From Paraspadella gotoi (lineage: Eukaryota > Animalia > Chaetognatha): a stretch of DNA of 64,000 bases. The stretch is from positions 4,987,768 through 5,051,767 of the forward strand of contig JBJCIZ010000239.1 of assembly GCA_051294375.1 (NCBI GenBank), read 5' to 3'. The position numbers and the translations under genes are program-made. Below are positions 1-10,290 of this stretch, one piece after another. The notes beneath the pieces are model-generated. The model was not told the DNA's origin, searched no databases, and was given only the letters and a program-made list of their open reading frames with translations. Each line of letters starts with the position of its first letter. Position 1 is the stretch's first letter.

Positions 1-855
1 TTAACATTTTCTATGGTAAGTACTATGCATAATATTGGCGTATGGGCATGCGAAAATTGAGAAATTTTAAAAAAAATTGGTACAACACCAAGATAAAAAT
101 TATCCATTTTCTATATCAATGTTCACAGGTACAAACCTGTTCATGAGTCTACTATTCGAATTTTTATTCTACTTGATTTTAATATTTTTGCTTTAATATT
201 AATTTTAATATTTTTGCTACTCTTTAATGTACAATTGTACATAATCTCGATCTGTCTTCTAATTTGTTGTGATATTTCTCTTATCAACTTTTTTTAACTA
301 ACCAAAAGAAAACATACTTTAATAATTACGGCCACTTGTAAAATCATGCAGGTCTACTTTTTTTAAAAGAGACCTCGACGTTTTTGTGTTAAGAATATGA
401 AAATAAATGATCAAATTCAAACTTAAGTATCGCATGATACAGAACAAGTTTTATAAAAAAAAAAAAGGAATAAAAACGAATCATGATGACAACGAGAAAT
501 TCCCTTCGATCCAGTTTAAAAGAAAAACGAAGATTCTTTTTGAATAAAGCTTCTATTAAATTTGAATGTTAGAAAATGAAGGGAAAACCAAGCCAATGAA
601 AAAGAAAACGATTGATAAGGCTGACTCAACAAATTTACCAAAAGCTTGTAATATTACTTAATCGTTTTTAGTTGAAATCATGAGTGGCCATTGGTGCTGG
701 AGGCAAGTCTTTTGCCTCCCAACCCAAAGCTACCAGCTCGATCCGGTATTATTACTTACCCACGAGGCGACTTTCGACTTCTACCCCCCCTAAAAATTAA
801 ACTGTCTTTATTTTTCGCTAAAAAGAAAGAAGTGAAAAAACAAAACTGTAAGAAA

Positions 856-3800
856 ATGATTAGGATCTCAATCATCGCCTGTATTCTTCTCTCTTCGACG
901 GCGCAACCGAACCCCGATCGTGAACAATACGATGCGGATCATACTACCCTCAGCGGCTTGCCCTGCGCACCCGGGCTCTCCTGTCAGCAAGATGGTTTCA
1001 CTTCTCGATGGTGTTACACCTCGGCCGATGAGAGCGAATGGGATTCTTGCTGCGATCACGGCTCGGATTGTCAATCCTATTCGTGCTTAGTTCGTGAGTG
1101 TTGAAACAAGGCTAAGGTAAGTGGCAAAGAAGATAGAAAGGGAAGGCGCTAAGTTGGTTTCTGTGCCCCCTCAACCTCAATGGAATGGGTCCTGGGCTTG
1201 GAACCAGGTTTGAGAGTCTTTCCTCGCCCCCAAGGCGGTTTACGGCGGTCCTCACGCTTCCCGCAGGGTAGGTACCATTGGGGATCGATCCCGGTACATA
1301 ACGGTCATGAACTGATGGTATTACTCAATGAGCCACCAGGTGGGTGAACATATTGCAATGCCCAACTACAAATATATGAAGTTGTGGACGAAACGGGAAT
1401 GGAACGGGTCCTGGGCCTGGAACCAGGCTTTATGTTTTTTTTTTGGCCCCCGAGTTGATTTATGACCATCCTGTCGCTTCCCACAGAATCGATCATGAGC
1501 TGATTGGTTTTACTCAATAAGCTACCTTGTTACCAAAAAAGATGTCAGGCTTATTGGCGGGGTGAACTTATTTGGGGATGTGCATCGTTTCTAAACTATT
1601 TAGTATTTTTAAATGAATTTGGTACCGATCGATAGGAAATTCAAAATATTATCTACATACAAATTTCATCAAAATCGGATAATCCGTTCAAAAGTTATGC
1701 GCAAAAAAACGATCTCGAAAATCGCGCTTCAATCGATCAACTTTCGCTTAAAATCGAACTCGTTTTGATCCAATAAGGATTTGAACTACGCGTAGTACTA
1801 AGCTTTAAATCGGTAATCGAGATTAGGCGCAATCCGGGTCCTCGTAAGAAGTAATTGAAGAAGCGAAACCAAGGAAAAAGGTTAATCATTAGAAAGGTAA
1901 ATGATAAAAAATAATAAAATTATAACAGAATATGTAAGATAAATCATAAGAAACGAAACAAGTTATCAATGCAAAGTATAGCGAGTGATATCGCCAGCAA
2001 AATTACTATTTAACTAACGTCAATTTAAATTTAATATCGTTAATTCAAGATCAGGAATTAAAGATTGAGAATTCACTATCGTACTACATCTAATCTTTAT
2101 TTTAATTAATCTCAATTTGACGAAAATTGATTTAATATAACAAAAAAATCTAATTAAAGAAAAATGATTGATTATGACAAATTGATGAAATGAATAAAAT
2201 TAATTAAACTAATAACGATGACGATGGTTTAATATTTAAAAATTGTCATATCTGAATCCTTATTTTATTATAAATAAGTTTGAGCAAACAATATCGGATT
2301 TGCCTACAATAATTTAGTGCCAATCAGCTAAAAAAGTATGCAAGTGAAAAAAGTATGCAAGTGAAAAAAGTATGCAAGTTAAAAAAAAAGTATGCAAGTT
2401 AAAAAAAGTATCAAGTTGAAAAAGTATGCAAGTTGAAAAAAAGTATGCAAGTTGAAAAAAAGTATGCAAGTTGAAAAAAGTATGCAAAAGTATGCAAAGT
2501 AGCAATTGAAAAAAATGTATGCAAAAGTATGCAATTTGAAAAAATGTATGCAAAAGTATGCAATTTGAAAAAATGTATGCAAAGTATTGCAATTTAAAAA
2601 AGTATGCAAAAGTATGCATAATTGGAAAAAAGTATGCATACTTTGAAAAAAGTATGCCTAATTTTTGAAGATGCATACTTTTTTCAAAGTATCATTACTT
2701 TTTCAAAGTATGCATACTTTTTTTCAAAGTATGCATACTTTTTTCAAAGTATGCATACTTTTTCAAAGTATGCATACTTTTTCCAATTATGCATACTTTT
2801 TTCCAATTATGCAATATTTTCAAATTATGGCATACTTTTTCAAAGTATGCATACTTTTTCAATATGCATACTTTTCAAAGTATGCGATACGTTTTCGAAG
2901 TATGTCATACTTTTTTCCAATATGCATACTTTTCAAAGTATGCATACTATTTTTCAAAGTATGCATACTTCAAAAAAAGTATGCATACTTCTAAAGATAG
3001 TATGCATACTTTTAAAAAGTATGCATACTTCAAAAAATTTAGGCCATACTTTTGAAAAAAGTATGATGTACTTTGAAAAAAGTATGCATACTTTGAAAAA
3101 AAGTATGCATACTTTGAAAAAAGTATTTATACTTCAAAAAAGTAGGCATAATTTTTTCAAAGTATGCATACTTGAAAAAAGTATGCATATTTAAAAAAAG
3201 TATGCAACTTCAAAAAGTATTGCCATACTTCAAAAAAGTATGCATACTTTTGAAAAAAAGTATGCATACTTTGAAAAAAGTATGCATACTTTGAAAAAAG
3301 TATGCATACTTGAAAAAAGTATGCATACTTGAAAAAAAGTATGCATATTTTAAAAAAAGTATGCATACTTCAAAAAAGTGTGCTGATCATTACTTTGAAA
3401 AAAGTATGCATACTTTGAAAAAAGTTGCATAAACTTTTAAAAAAGTATGCATATAAAAAAGCTATTTTAAAAAAAGTATGATACTTTTGAAAAAAGTATG
3501 CCTACTTTTTTTGAAGTATGCCTACTTTTTTGAAGTATGCATACTTTTTCAAAAGTATGCATACTTTTTTTAAAATATGCATACTTTTTTCAAAGTCACG
3601 TCACGTCAATGAATGACTAGCATCGCATCAATGAATAACAATCATCGCATCAATAATGACTTACTCATCGCTATCAATGAATTATTATCATTCCGATCAA
3701 TGAAGGACTATCATCGCATCAACGAATGATTATCATCGCATCAATGAATGACTATCATCGCATCAATCCTTCGGTTATCATCGCATCAATCCTTCGGTTA

Positions 3801-5429
3801 TCATCGCATCATATTTGGTTATCATTGTCATCAATATTTGGTTATCATCAAAAGTAGGCTCGATCCCTATTGCTTTTAAAGATTTTATTGAACGGTTTTG
3901 TCACTATCACATAACAATAATTAATGTCTCTTCAAGAGATAAGATAAAGAGACTAACAAGGGACAAACGACGCTGAGAACGCCAATATCACGGGCGTGAA
4001 ATTCAAAACATTTCATACAGACCGCGTTCTAAAACGTAAAAATACGGTAAAGCCATGTTGAAATATGGTTTATCTGGCCCGGATCGCGCATGATCAATGC
4101 TTATTTTTAATTATGTCCTCATTGGTAACCTACGTCAACCATTTTCTAATACAGACCGGAACGCGCTTAAAAAAGCTTTTAGCGTGCAAAAACTTGATAT
4201 CCTTTCTATTTGCTCTAAATTTAATATAAACTCTCTAAATTTACCCCGCGCTCTACCTGAAACAGATAGATAAAAACAATACAGTTTCTTTCGATGGTCT
4301 TAGAACAAAAAAAATTGAAGGCTGACTATGCAGTTTTCACATAAAAAACCAGTTCATTTGATTGCTTTATCAAGCATTCAAGATTGCAAGAATTTAAACT
4401 TTTCTTTTTTTATCTAGTAGAGAAGACAATAAGCTATCCGAAACCGTACTGATATGTATGATTTGTTCTATTTTACAAAAGATCAAGCAGTTTTTTGGGA
4501 AAAGGAAAAAAACGGTCTGACCAGTTCATTTAAATACACATTTTTGGGCATGATAAAAATGGGAATTTCGATCGCGCTCTACCTCCGTTGGCTTCCCAAG
4601 ACGCCAAGCTTTCGAAATCTACCCATATTGATATAATTTATATGGCCTTGACTATGCAGTTTTGAATAGAAGTGAAATAAAGGAATCTTGCATCGGAACT
4701 TCGATTCGAACGATGCGCAGCCCTAACTTATTGCAATGCCCAACTGCATCTTACTCACTAGCCTTCGTAGCTTTGTGAGAGGAAGTTATGAGTAATATTT
4801 TCAGCCCATCTATATTTTATCAATAACACTATTTAGAAGGAATATTGAGAAAGGCATTTTCTAAAAGATTTCTTCTAAAATATTTCAAAACTAAAACTTT
4901 TCTTTAATCTTTTCAAAACTTTAACTCATTTTACCTTTTTTTAAAAATTTTACTCATTCTTCATTAAAAAAAGGGTAAATTTCAAACGACCCACTGCTCA
5001 TCACTCCCTCGACAATGTCGCTCTAAACCGCTGAACCGGAGCGTCAACAACTACGCTTGCGTCTCCCCCTGCAGAGCCCAATTGACCAACGCCTTTTTGA
5101 GCTACCCTTATGCTTGGTGTTGGGTCAAGCACGACAAGAGTGCTTGGGACTACTGCTGCTTCGGAGCACCGTGCGGCGATGAGGAGAAAAACGTTGATGT
5201 ACCGCCGTCGGAGTCGCAGTGCTATGTCCAACAGTCGCAACGCCATGCAGAGGTCTGCCTTTCCGGCGTCAAACCGACTCCACTTCCGGACAACTTCCGC
5301 TCTCCAGCATCCCCTCCCTTTCCGGATCTTAAAGATATATGCGTCGTGTTGATAATAATTATTGTTATCGTTTTATTAGCAATTCCTTTTTGCTTTGTAT
5401 CATTTAAAAGAAAGGTCAATGCTTTGTAA
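856..5429 (+). CDS. Cys-rich single-pass membrane protein with two short kringle/FN2-like modules (paralogue A); in-frame TGA at 1102-1104, so possibly a pseudogene or a truncated secreted form
   Basis: Exon 1 856-1116: signal-peptide-like MIRISIIACILLSSTA, then TTLSGLPC..C..SRWCYT..WDSCC..C; donor AAG|GTAAGT. Exon 2 4974-5429 (acceptor AAG|G, phase 0): GKFQTTHC..RSVNNYAC..C..YAWCWVKHDKSAWDYCC..C, Pro-rich stalk, hydrophobic ICVVLIIIIVIVLLAIPFCFVSF, basic tail KRK. Intron position and phase match paralogue B. Confidence 0.75.
2330..3595. repeat. Satellite built on the palindrome AAAGTATGCATACTTT (~20-bp unit) with orientation switches
   Basis: Dozens of aaaaaagtatgcatactttg / ttttcaaagtatgcatac units. 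The first block (2330-2620) is a half-site variant aaaagtatgcaagttg. Confidence 0.95.
3605..3850. repeat. ~22-bp minisatellite (atcatcgcatcaatgaatgact)
   Basis: Tandem copies are visible; a related array in reverse orientation lies at ~29550-29815. Confidence 0.85.
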
Positions 5430-5495
5430 CATAAATTATTGTAATCTTGCTGGATCTTGCTGGGTGGGGCATCTAACTGGTTAGATGGGATTATT

Positions 5496-5570
5496 TGGAA
5501 TTATTGTTGCGACAAGGAGTCAGCGTGTGGACCGCAGCAGAACCCCAAATCTTGAGTTCAGAGAAAGTAG
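5496..5570 (+). pseudogene. Degenerate fragment of a third paralogue (end of exon 1)
   Basis: Translates as WNYCCDKESACGPQQNPKS*VQRK versus paralogue B WDYCCNKGSVCGPQQGAEPQITNSCQVQRC. The DNA tgtggaccgcagcag..aaccccaaat is shared with 7009-7040. Confidence 0.7.
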
Positions 5571-5937
5571 AAAAAAATATCAATGAAACGCGTGGTTGGG
5601 ATGATTCTTTCCAATGGGATTGGTGGAAATAAGGTGAGACGGTGTAAATATACCACCGTAGAGGCAAGATAGTTTATTTATTGAATGAATAAATAATTAT
5701 TGTTTTGGCTATACCAATTTCTTTGAGTCTCAGACTTGTCTTCATGTCTACATGGTATACTATGTATGTTGTATGTCGCCTTACTACAGTTTTTTGCATT
5801 TTAATAATAGTTTTTGTTTTTAATTTAACTAAAAAAAAGCATAAGTTTATACACTATGATGCAGCTGTTATCACTGCATTTACTAATATATTGCTTTGAG
5901 TGTAATATTTTCTTCAAATATTGATAGATGGATAATA

Positions 5938-6542
5938 AGGCGTAGTGAAAGTTACATACGAAAATAAAGTCAATTATGAACAACATACCATCAGTGAACA
6001 TTAATTTGTAAAAAAAATTAATTTATGTTTTTTAATTTTCGCAGTAGGCTATATTTTATATATAGTACTAACCTTATAAAATCGAAAAATTTCAAAATAG
6101 GCTTTTCTTAATTTTGATTGCAGATTTGAATTCCTCGTAAAAAGTTGTTAAAAGAAAAATATAAGTCATTTTTAAAAATTCTTTCATTAAGTGGTTTAAA
6201 ATTTAAAAAACTATATTTAATATGGAAAAAGTAAATTTTCAGCTTAAATATAGCTTTTTCTCATTTTTGACCCACTTAATGAAGGAATTTTTCAAAAAGA
6301 GTTATATTTCTTTTTTATCAACTTTTTATGACGAATCCAAATCTGCAAAAAAATCTTACAAAAAACTGTTTTGAAATTTTAACATTTATTGGTTTAGTAC
6401 TAGTATAAATATGGCCTACTGCGTAAATTGTAAAATTTATTATAAATTTTTTTATTACATAAATAGTTCATTATATATATGTTGTTCGTTCCTCACTTTT
6501 AGAATTTTAATTAAAGTTAAATTTAGAAAATTTACTACGCCT
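5938..6542. mobile_element. Fold-back/MITE element with nested inverted repeats, TA-flanked
   Basis: Termini aggcgtagt...actacgcct. Inner inverted pairs: cgcagtaggctatatt / atatggcctactgcg; gcagatttgaattcctcgtaaaaagttg / caactttttatgacgaatccaaatctgc; cattaagtgg / ccacttaatg. Related decayed copies at ~8360-8620 and ~32440-32940. Confidence 0.8.
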
Positions 6543-6720
6543 TAATGGATAATTGCTCAACGTGACCCTTACTTTTTCAGGCACTGCAAAAAAATGTACG
6601 TTTTGTTAACAACTGTCTTTTTTTGGATGAAGACATTTATGCTTTGGATCAATTTTTATTAATTTTACTCCATAATTTTGTCATAGAATCAATATAGAGA
6701 CAGAAAAAAAATCTCTAACA

Positions 6721-8247
6721 ATGATTTTTTCTACATCTTCAAAAACACGCGTCCCGGCGAATCTCGTCCTAAACATCTATATACTTCAGTATGTTTCTTC
6801 TATACAAACAAACTATTCCATAGTCCCAGAACTGTTGCTTGATCCAAATGAGACAATCCTCACTCAAAATGTAGATCACGACCAGACGACCATCTCTGGC
6901 CTGCCCTGTGCTCATGGACACTTTTGCCGAACGGGAATATCCACTCGTTGGTGCTACACGGCCATCGATCAAAGCGCCTGGGATTATTGCTGCAACAAGG
7001 GGTCAGTGTGTGGACCGCAGCAGGGGGCAGAACCCCAAATCACGAATTCTTGCCAAGTTCAAAGATGCAAGAAAAAGGTGAATGCGCTGATAAAGATAAC
7101 TGAAGGGAATGATATTTTTGTACAATTGAAACATTTGAAACTTTATATCACTTTATTGATAGGAAAGCCAGGTTCTCTGGAAGTGAATAAACGAGAAATT
7201 GGTACAACCAGTGTAAAAATTCTTATTTTATTCTTTATTTTATATCTTATCTATTTTTATAGGGTAATGACAAATTCTGCCACTCAACTTTGAAGCCCTG
7301 TCGTCCTTTCGCACTGACACGCAGCGTCAACAACTACGCATGCGCAAAACCCTGCGGTGCCGGCGACAGGAAACCTTACCTTCGCTATTCCTACGACTGG
7401 TGTTGGGTCAAGCCGGATCAGAGCGCCTGGGACTTTTGCTGCCGCGCCGGATCTTCGTGCGGCGCCGTGAAGTCGGAAGATGCCGACCCGAGCGATAAAG
7501 GGTAATATTAATATTTAATTTTAACATAGCATTAAATGTTTCGTTTTCAGACAACGAATTTATTTCTATTATTAGTAATAAAAAATAAATTCGTTGTCTG
7601 AAAACAAAAACAAATTTTTCGCATTTAATGCTACATACGCAACGAAAAGAAAGAAACAAAATAAATTGACATAAAATAAAATAAAATAAAAACTCTAAAA
7701 TAAAGAAAAGAATGAACAACATTGTAAAACCGTAAAAAAAATTATGGTTAATTTGGCTAATTCATTCATAGTTTTTTTTTAAGATTAAAAAAAAAAATTC
7801 AAAATCTCATAACGAATATATATTTTTTTTTAAATTTCAATTAACCTAATTATTGAATTTTTATTAATTATTTATATTTTCTTTGATAAACTTTCTACAG
7901 GAAATTTAAATATCCTGAAAATATTTTTTAAACAAATTTCTAAAAATTTCTAATTATAAACATATTATTTTTATTATTATTTTTTTAACTCCGTTCTACT
8001 TAGCAACGTTTCCCGATGCCACGTCACGTCCGAAGCGCGCCGGCCGGATATTTGCGTCCGAGGAATGGAACCGGCTCCGTTGCCGAGAGATTATCGGTCG
8101 CCCTCGGCGCCGATGGAACTTCGTCCATTAGATAAACTCGTGTTAAGCTTCTCGCCGTTGTTCTTTCTCGTCTTAGCGGCGATCGTCGGTGTTTGCCGGA
8201 AGTTCGTCGTGTCGAGAAGATCGAACGATAGAGTGGTGCGAAAATAA
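6721..8247 (+). CDS. Cys-rich single-pass membrane protein with two short kringle/FN2-like modules (paralogue B), 279 aa if ATG 6721 is the start
   Basis: Exons 6721-7077 (TTISGLPC..TRWCYT..AWDYCC; AAG|GTGAAT), 7263-7501 (TAG|GGT; RSVNNYAC..YDWCWVKPDQSAWDFCC; GG|GTAATA) and 8004-8247 (TAG|C; PAPLPRDYRSP stalk, TM LVLSFSPLFFLVLAAIVGVC, basic tail). Frame is continuous across both introns. The start codon is uncertain. Confidence 0.8.
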
Positions 8248-9269
8248 TACAATTTTATAAAATTAAAATTTAGCACATGAAATTATAAATGTGCTTTCAT
8301 AATTTTTTTTTAAAATTTTTGTACTTTACTGGACACCAGTGCTATGAGCTAGTAATGAATATATAATAGGCTAAAATTGTAAAATAAAACTTTGTAAATT
8401 TTAGGACCGGATTTAAATTCTTTTTTAAACTTTTTTTCATTAAGTTGGTCAAAATTAAATAATATTAAAAACTATCCATAACTTATAAAATATAGATTTT
8501 AAATTTTTAGCTTGAAAATATAATCTTTTAAAATTTTAATCTACTTAATGAAATAATTTTTTAAAAAAGATTTATATATTGTTGTTAAACTTTTGAAAAG
8601 GAATCTGAATCTGTTCTCATATTAGATTAGAAAAAAAAAAAGAAAATAGTATTTATTAATAAAATAAGTTTACAAGATATAATTGCTAAATTTTTATTCA
8701 CCCTAGTGAACAATCTATTTTTTTATGATTGGTTCGTGATTGGTTAAATGTTGCTTGGAAAAAAAAAAGAAGAAGCTTCGAGAAATTCGTTAAAGAATGC
8801 GCGAAATTGGTACCATCAATTTAAAAATTAGTGAGAAAGCTATTTTGCCCCTAACTTAAGACAGATATGAAAAGATTAAGCGAGTTAACAATATGTTTTT
8901 TGCTGCCTTTGTAGATGTGAATAATGATTTGATTTTGGAGAATAACGGAAATGGTATTTTCAGTCAACTTTAAAAATTTCAAAATGATTTTTTTTTAAAA
9001 CTAAAACAACGGGTTTGGATTCGTCAGAAAAGAAAATAAAATGAGTTTTATTATTATTATATTATTATAATAATATTATTATTATATTATTTTTATATTA
9101 TTATTAAATAGAACTCTTTTTTCCTTGGTATTTTTTTAATTGCGAGGTTGTTCTTAAATTAAGGAAAAATATTTTTTTAATAATTAGGTTACAAAACAAC
9201 AGAGAGAAATTGAAATTATAAATTAGAGCTTTAGTCTGCCTGTGAAAGAGAATTATTGAGAGACTCTAA

Positions 9270-9347
<78 letters not shown>

Positions 9348-9844
9348 ACAAACAGATAACTCGTCGTAAGTGACAACAACAACAACAACAACAACAGGAA
9401 TCGTATCACTACGATGTCAAATACACGACAATCGCTGAGACATCCACAAAATCGAATCTCGGCGGCGGCGACGGCGACGGCGGCAGCAGCAGCAGCGGCG
9501 TCGTCGGCAAGGAAAGTGGCAAAGAAAACAGCGGCTCTAGTGATAGCGGTGATAGCATCAAGGAAAGAGAAGGTGGCGGTGCCGGTTATGGCAAGGTAAG
9601 TGGCCAAACTGCGTCGGTAGTGGCAAAGAAAGCGGCAGCGGCGGCGGCGGCGGCAGCGGCAGCGTGATCGGTCTCGACCAAAGGCTGTGTCCTTTCTTTT
9701 TTCCTTTTTTTTTATCTCCGTCGTAGAAAAACGGTTTTTCTTCCGACTCAGAAAATTTTAATCATAAGATTTTGATGGTTTTTTCCGCCGCGCCGCCTTT
9801 CCCCCCTCCCCCCTCCACCGCCGGTTCAACCGCCTGGCGGCGAC

Positions 9845-10290
9845 GGTGGCGCTTCTTTATTTTTTTTATTTTCAGTTAAACCGGCGCTTCTTTATTTCGC
9901 TTTTTGAAACTGGCGCTTTTTTTGTGTGTTTTACCGGCGCTTCTATTTTATTTTTTACAAAATGAGAGTTTTTTTGTTTGTTTTTTTAAACGGGCGCTTA
10001 TTATTATAAGGAAACCGGCGTTTTTTCTACTGGAACAGGCGTTTTTTTATTGTTAATACCAGCGGTTTTTTTTTTTAAACCGTCACTTTTTTTACGTGAA
10101 ACCATCGTTCATTTTTTTAAAAACCAGCGCTTCTTACTTTAGTGAAAGCGGCGCCTATTATATAAGGGAAACCATTTTTTTAGTGAAACCGGCGCTTCGT
10201 ATTTTAGCGAAAGCGGCGCTTCATATTCTAATGAAACTGGCGTTTCCTTTTTTTCAGTGATTCCGGTTTTCGTGAAATCGGCGCTTCCCA
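9845..10290 (+). repeat. Degenerate ~30-bp tandem array with core aaaccggcgcttc separated by T-rich spacers
   Basis: The core ccggcgct/ggcgctt recurs more than a dozen times at near-regular spacing. Confidence 0.75.

Larger units (their letters stand above)
1573..4725. mobile_element. Non-autonomous hAT-like DNA transposon in intron 1 of paralogue A
   Basis: Ends tggggatgtgcatcgtt / aacgatgcgcagcccta form an imperfect TIR (consensus TAGGGCTGCGCATCGTT). Flanking direct repeat acttatt (7 bp, 8 if a homopolymer A was lost). The empty-site sequence ggtgaacatattgcaatgcccaact is present at 1343-1367. Confidence 0.7.

Noticed and set aside
691-855. N-terminal extension of the 691-1104 ORF
   Set aside because: Starts at a TTG inside a dispersed repeat (matches 26833-26880); ATG 856 directly precedes a signal-peptide-like segment.
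2314-3366. Repetitive ORFs (MHTFF/KYAYF/KVCIL)
   Set aside because: Translations of the palindromic satellite, open in several frames on both strands.
2330-3850. CRISPR-like appearance of palindromic repeats (also 9845-10290 and 49640-50210)
   Set aside because: No unique constant-length spacers, no cas genes, and a spliceosomal-intron eukaryotic context.
5409-5429. Paralogue A C-terminus KRKVNAL resembles the paralogue B exon1/intron read-through KKKVNAL (7069-7089)
   Set aside because: Too short to separate from chance, though it lies near the relic fragment and could be part of it; not claimed.
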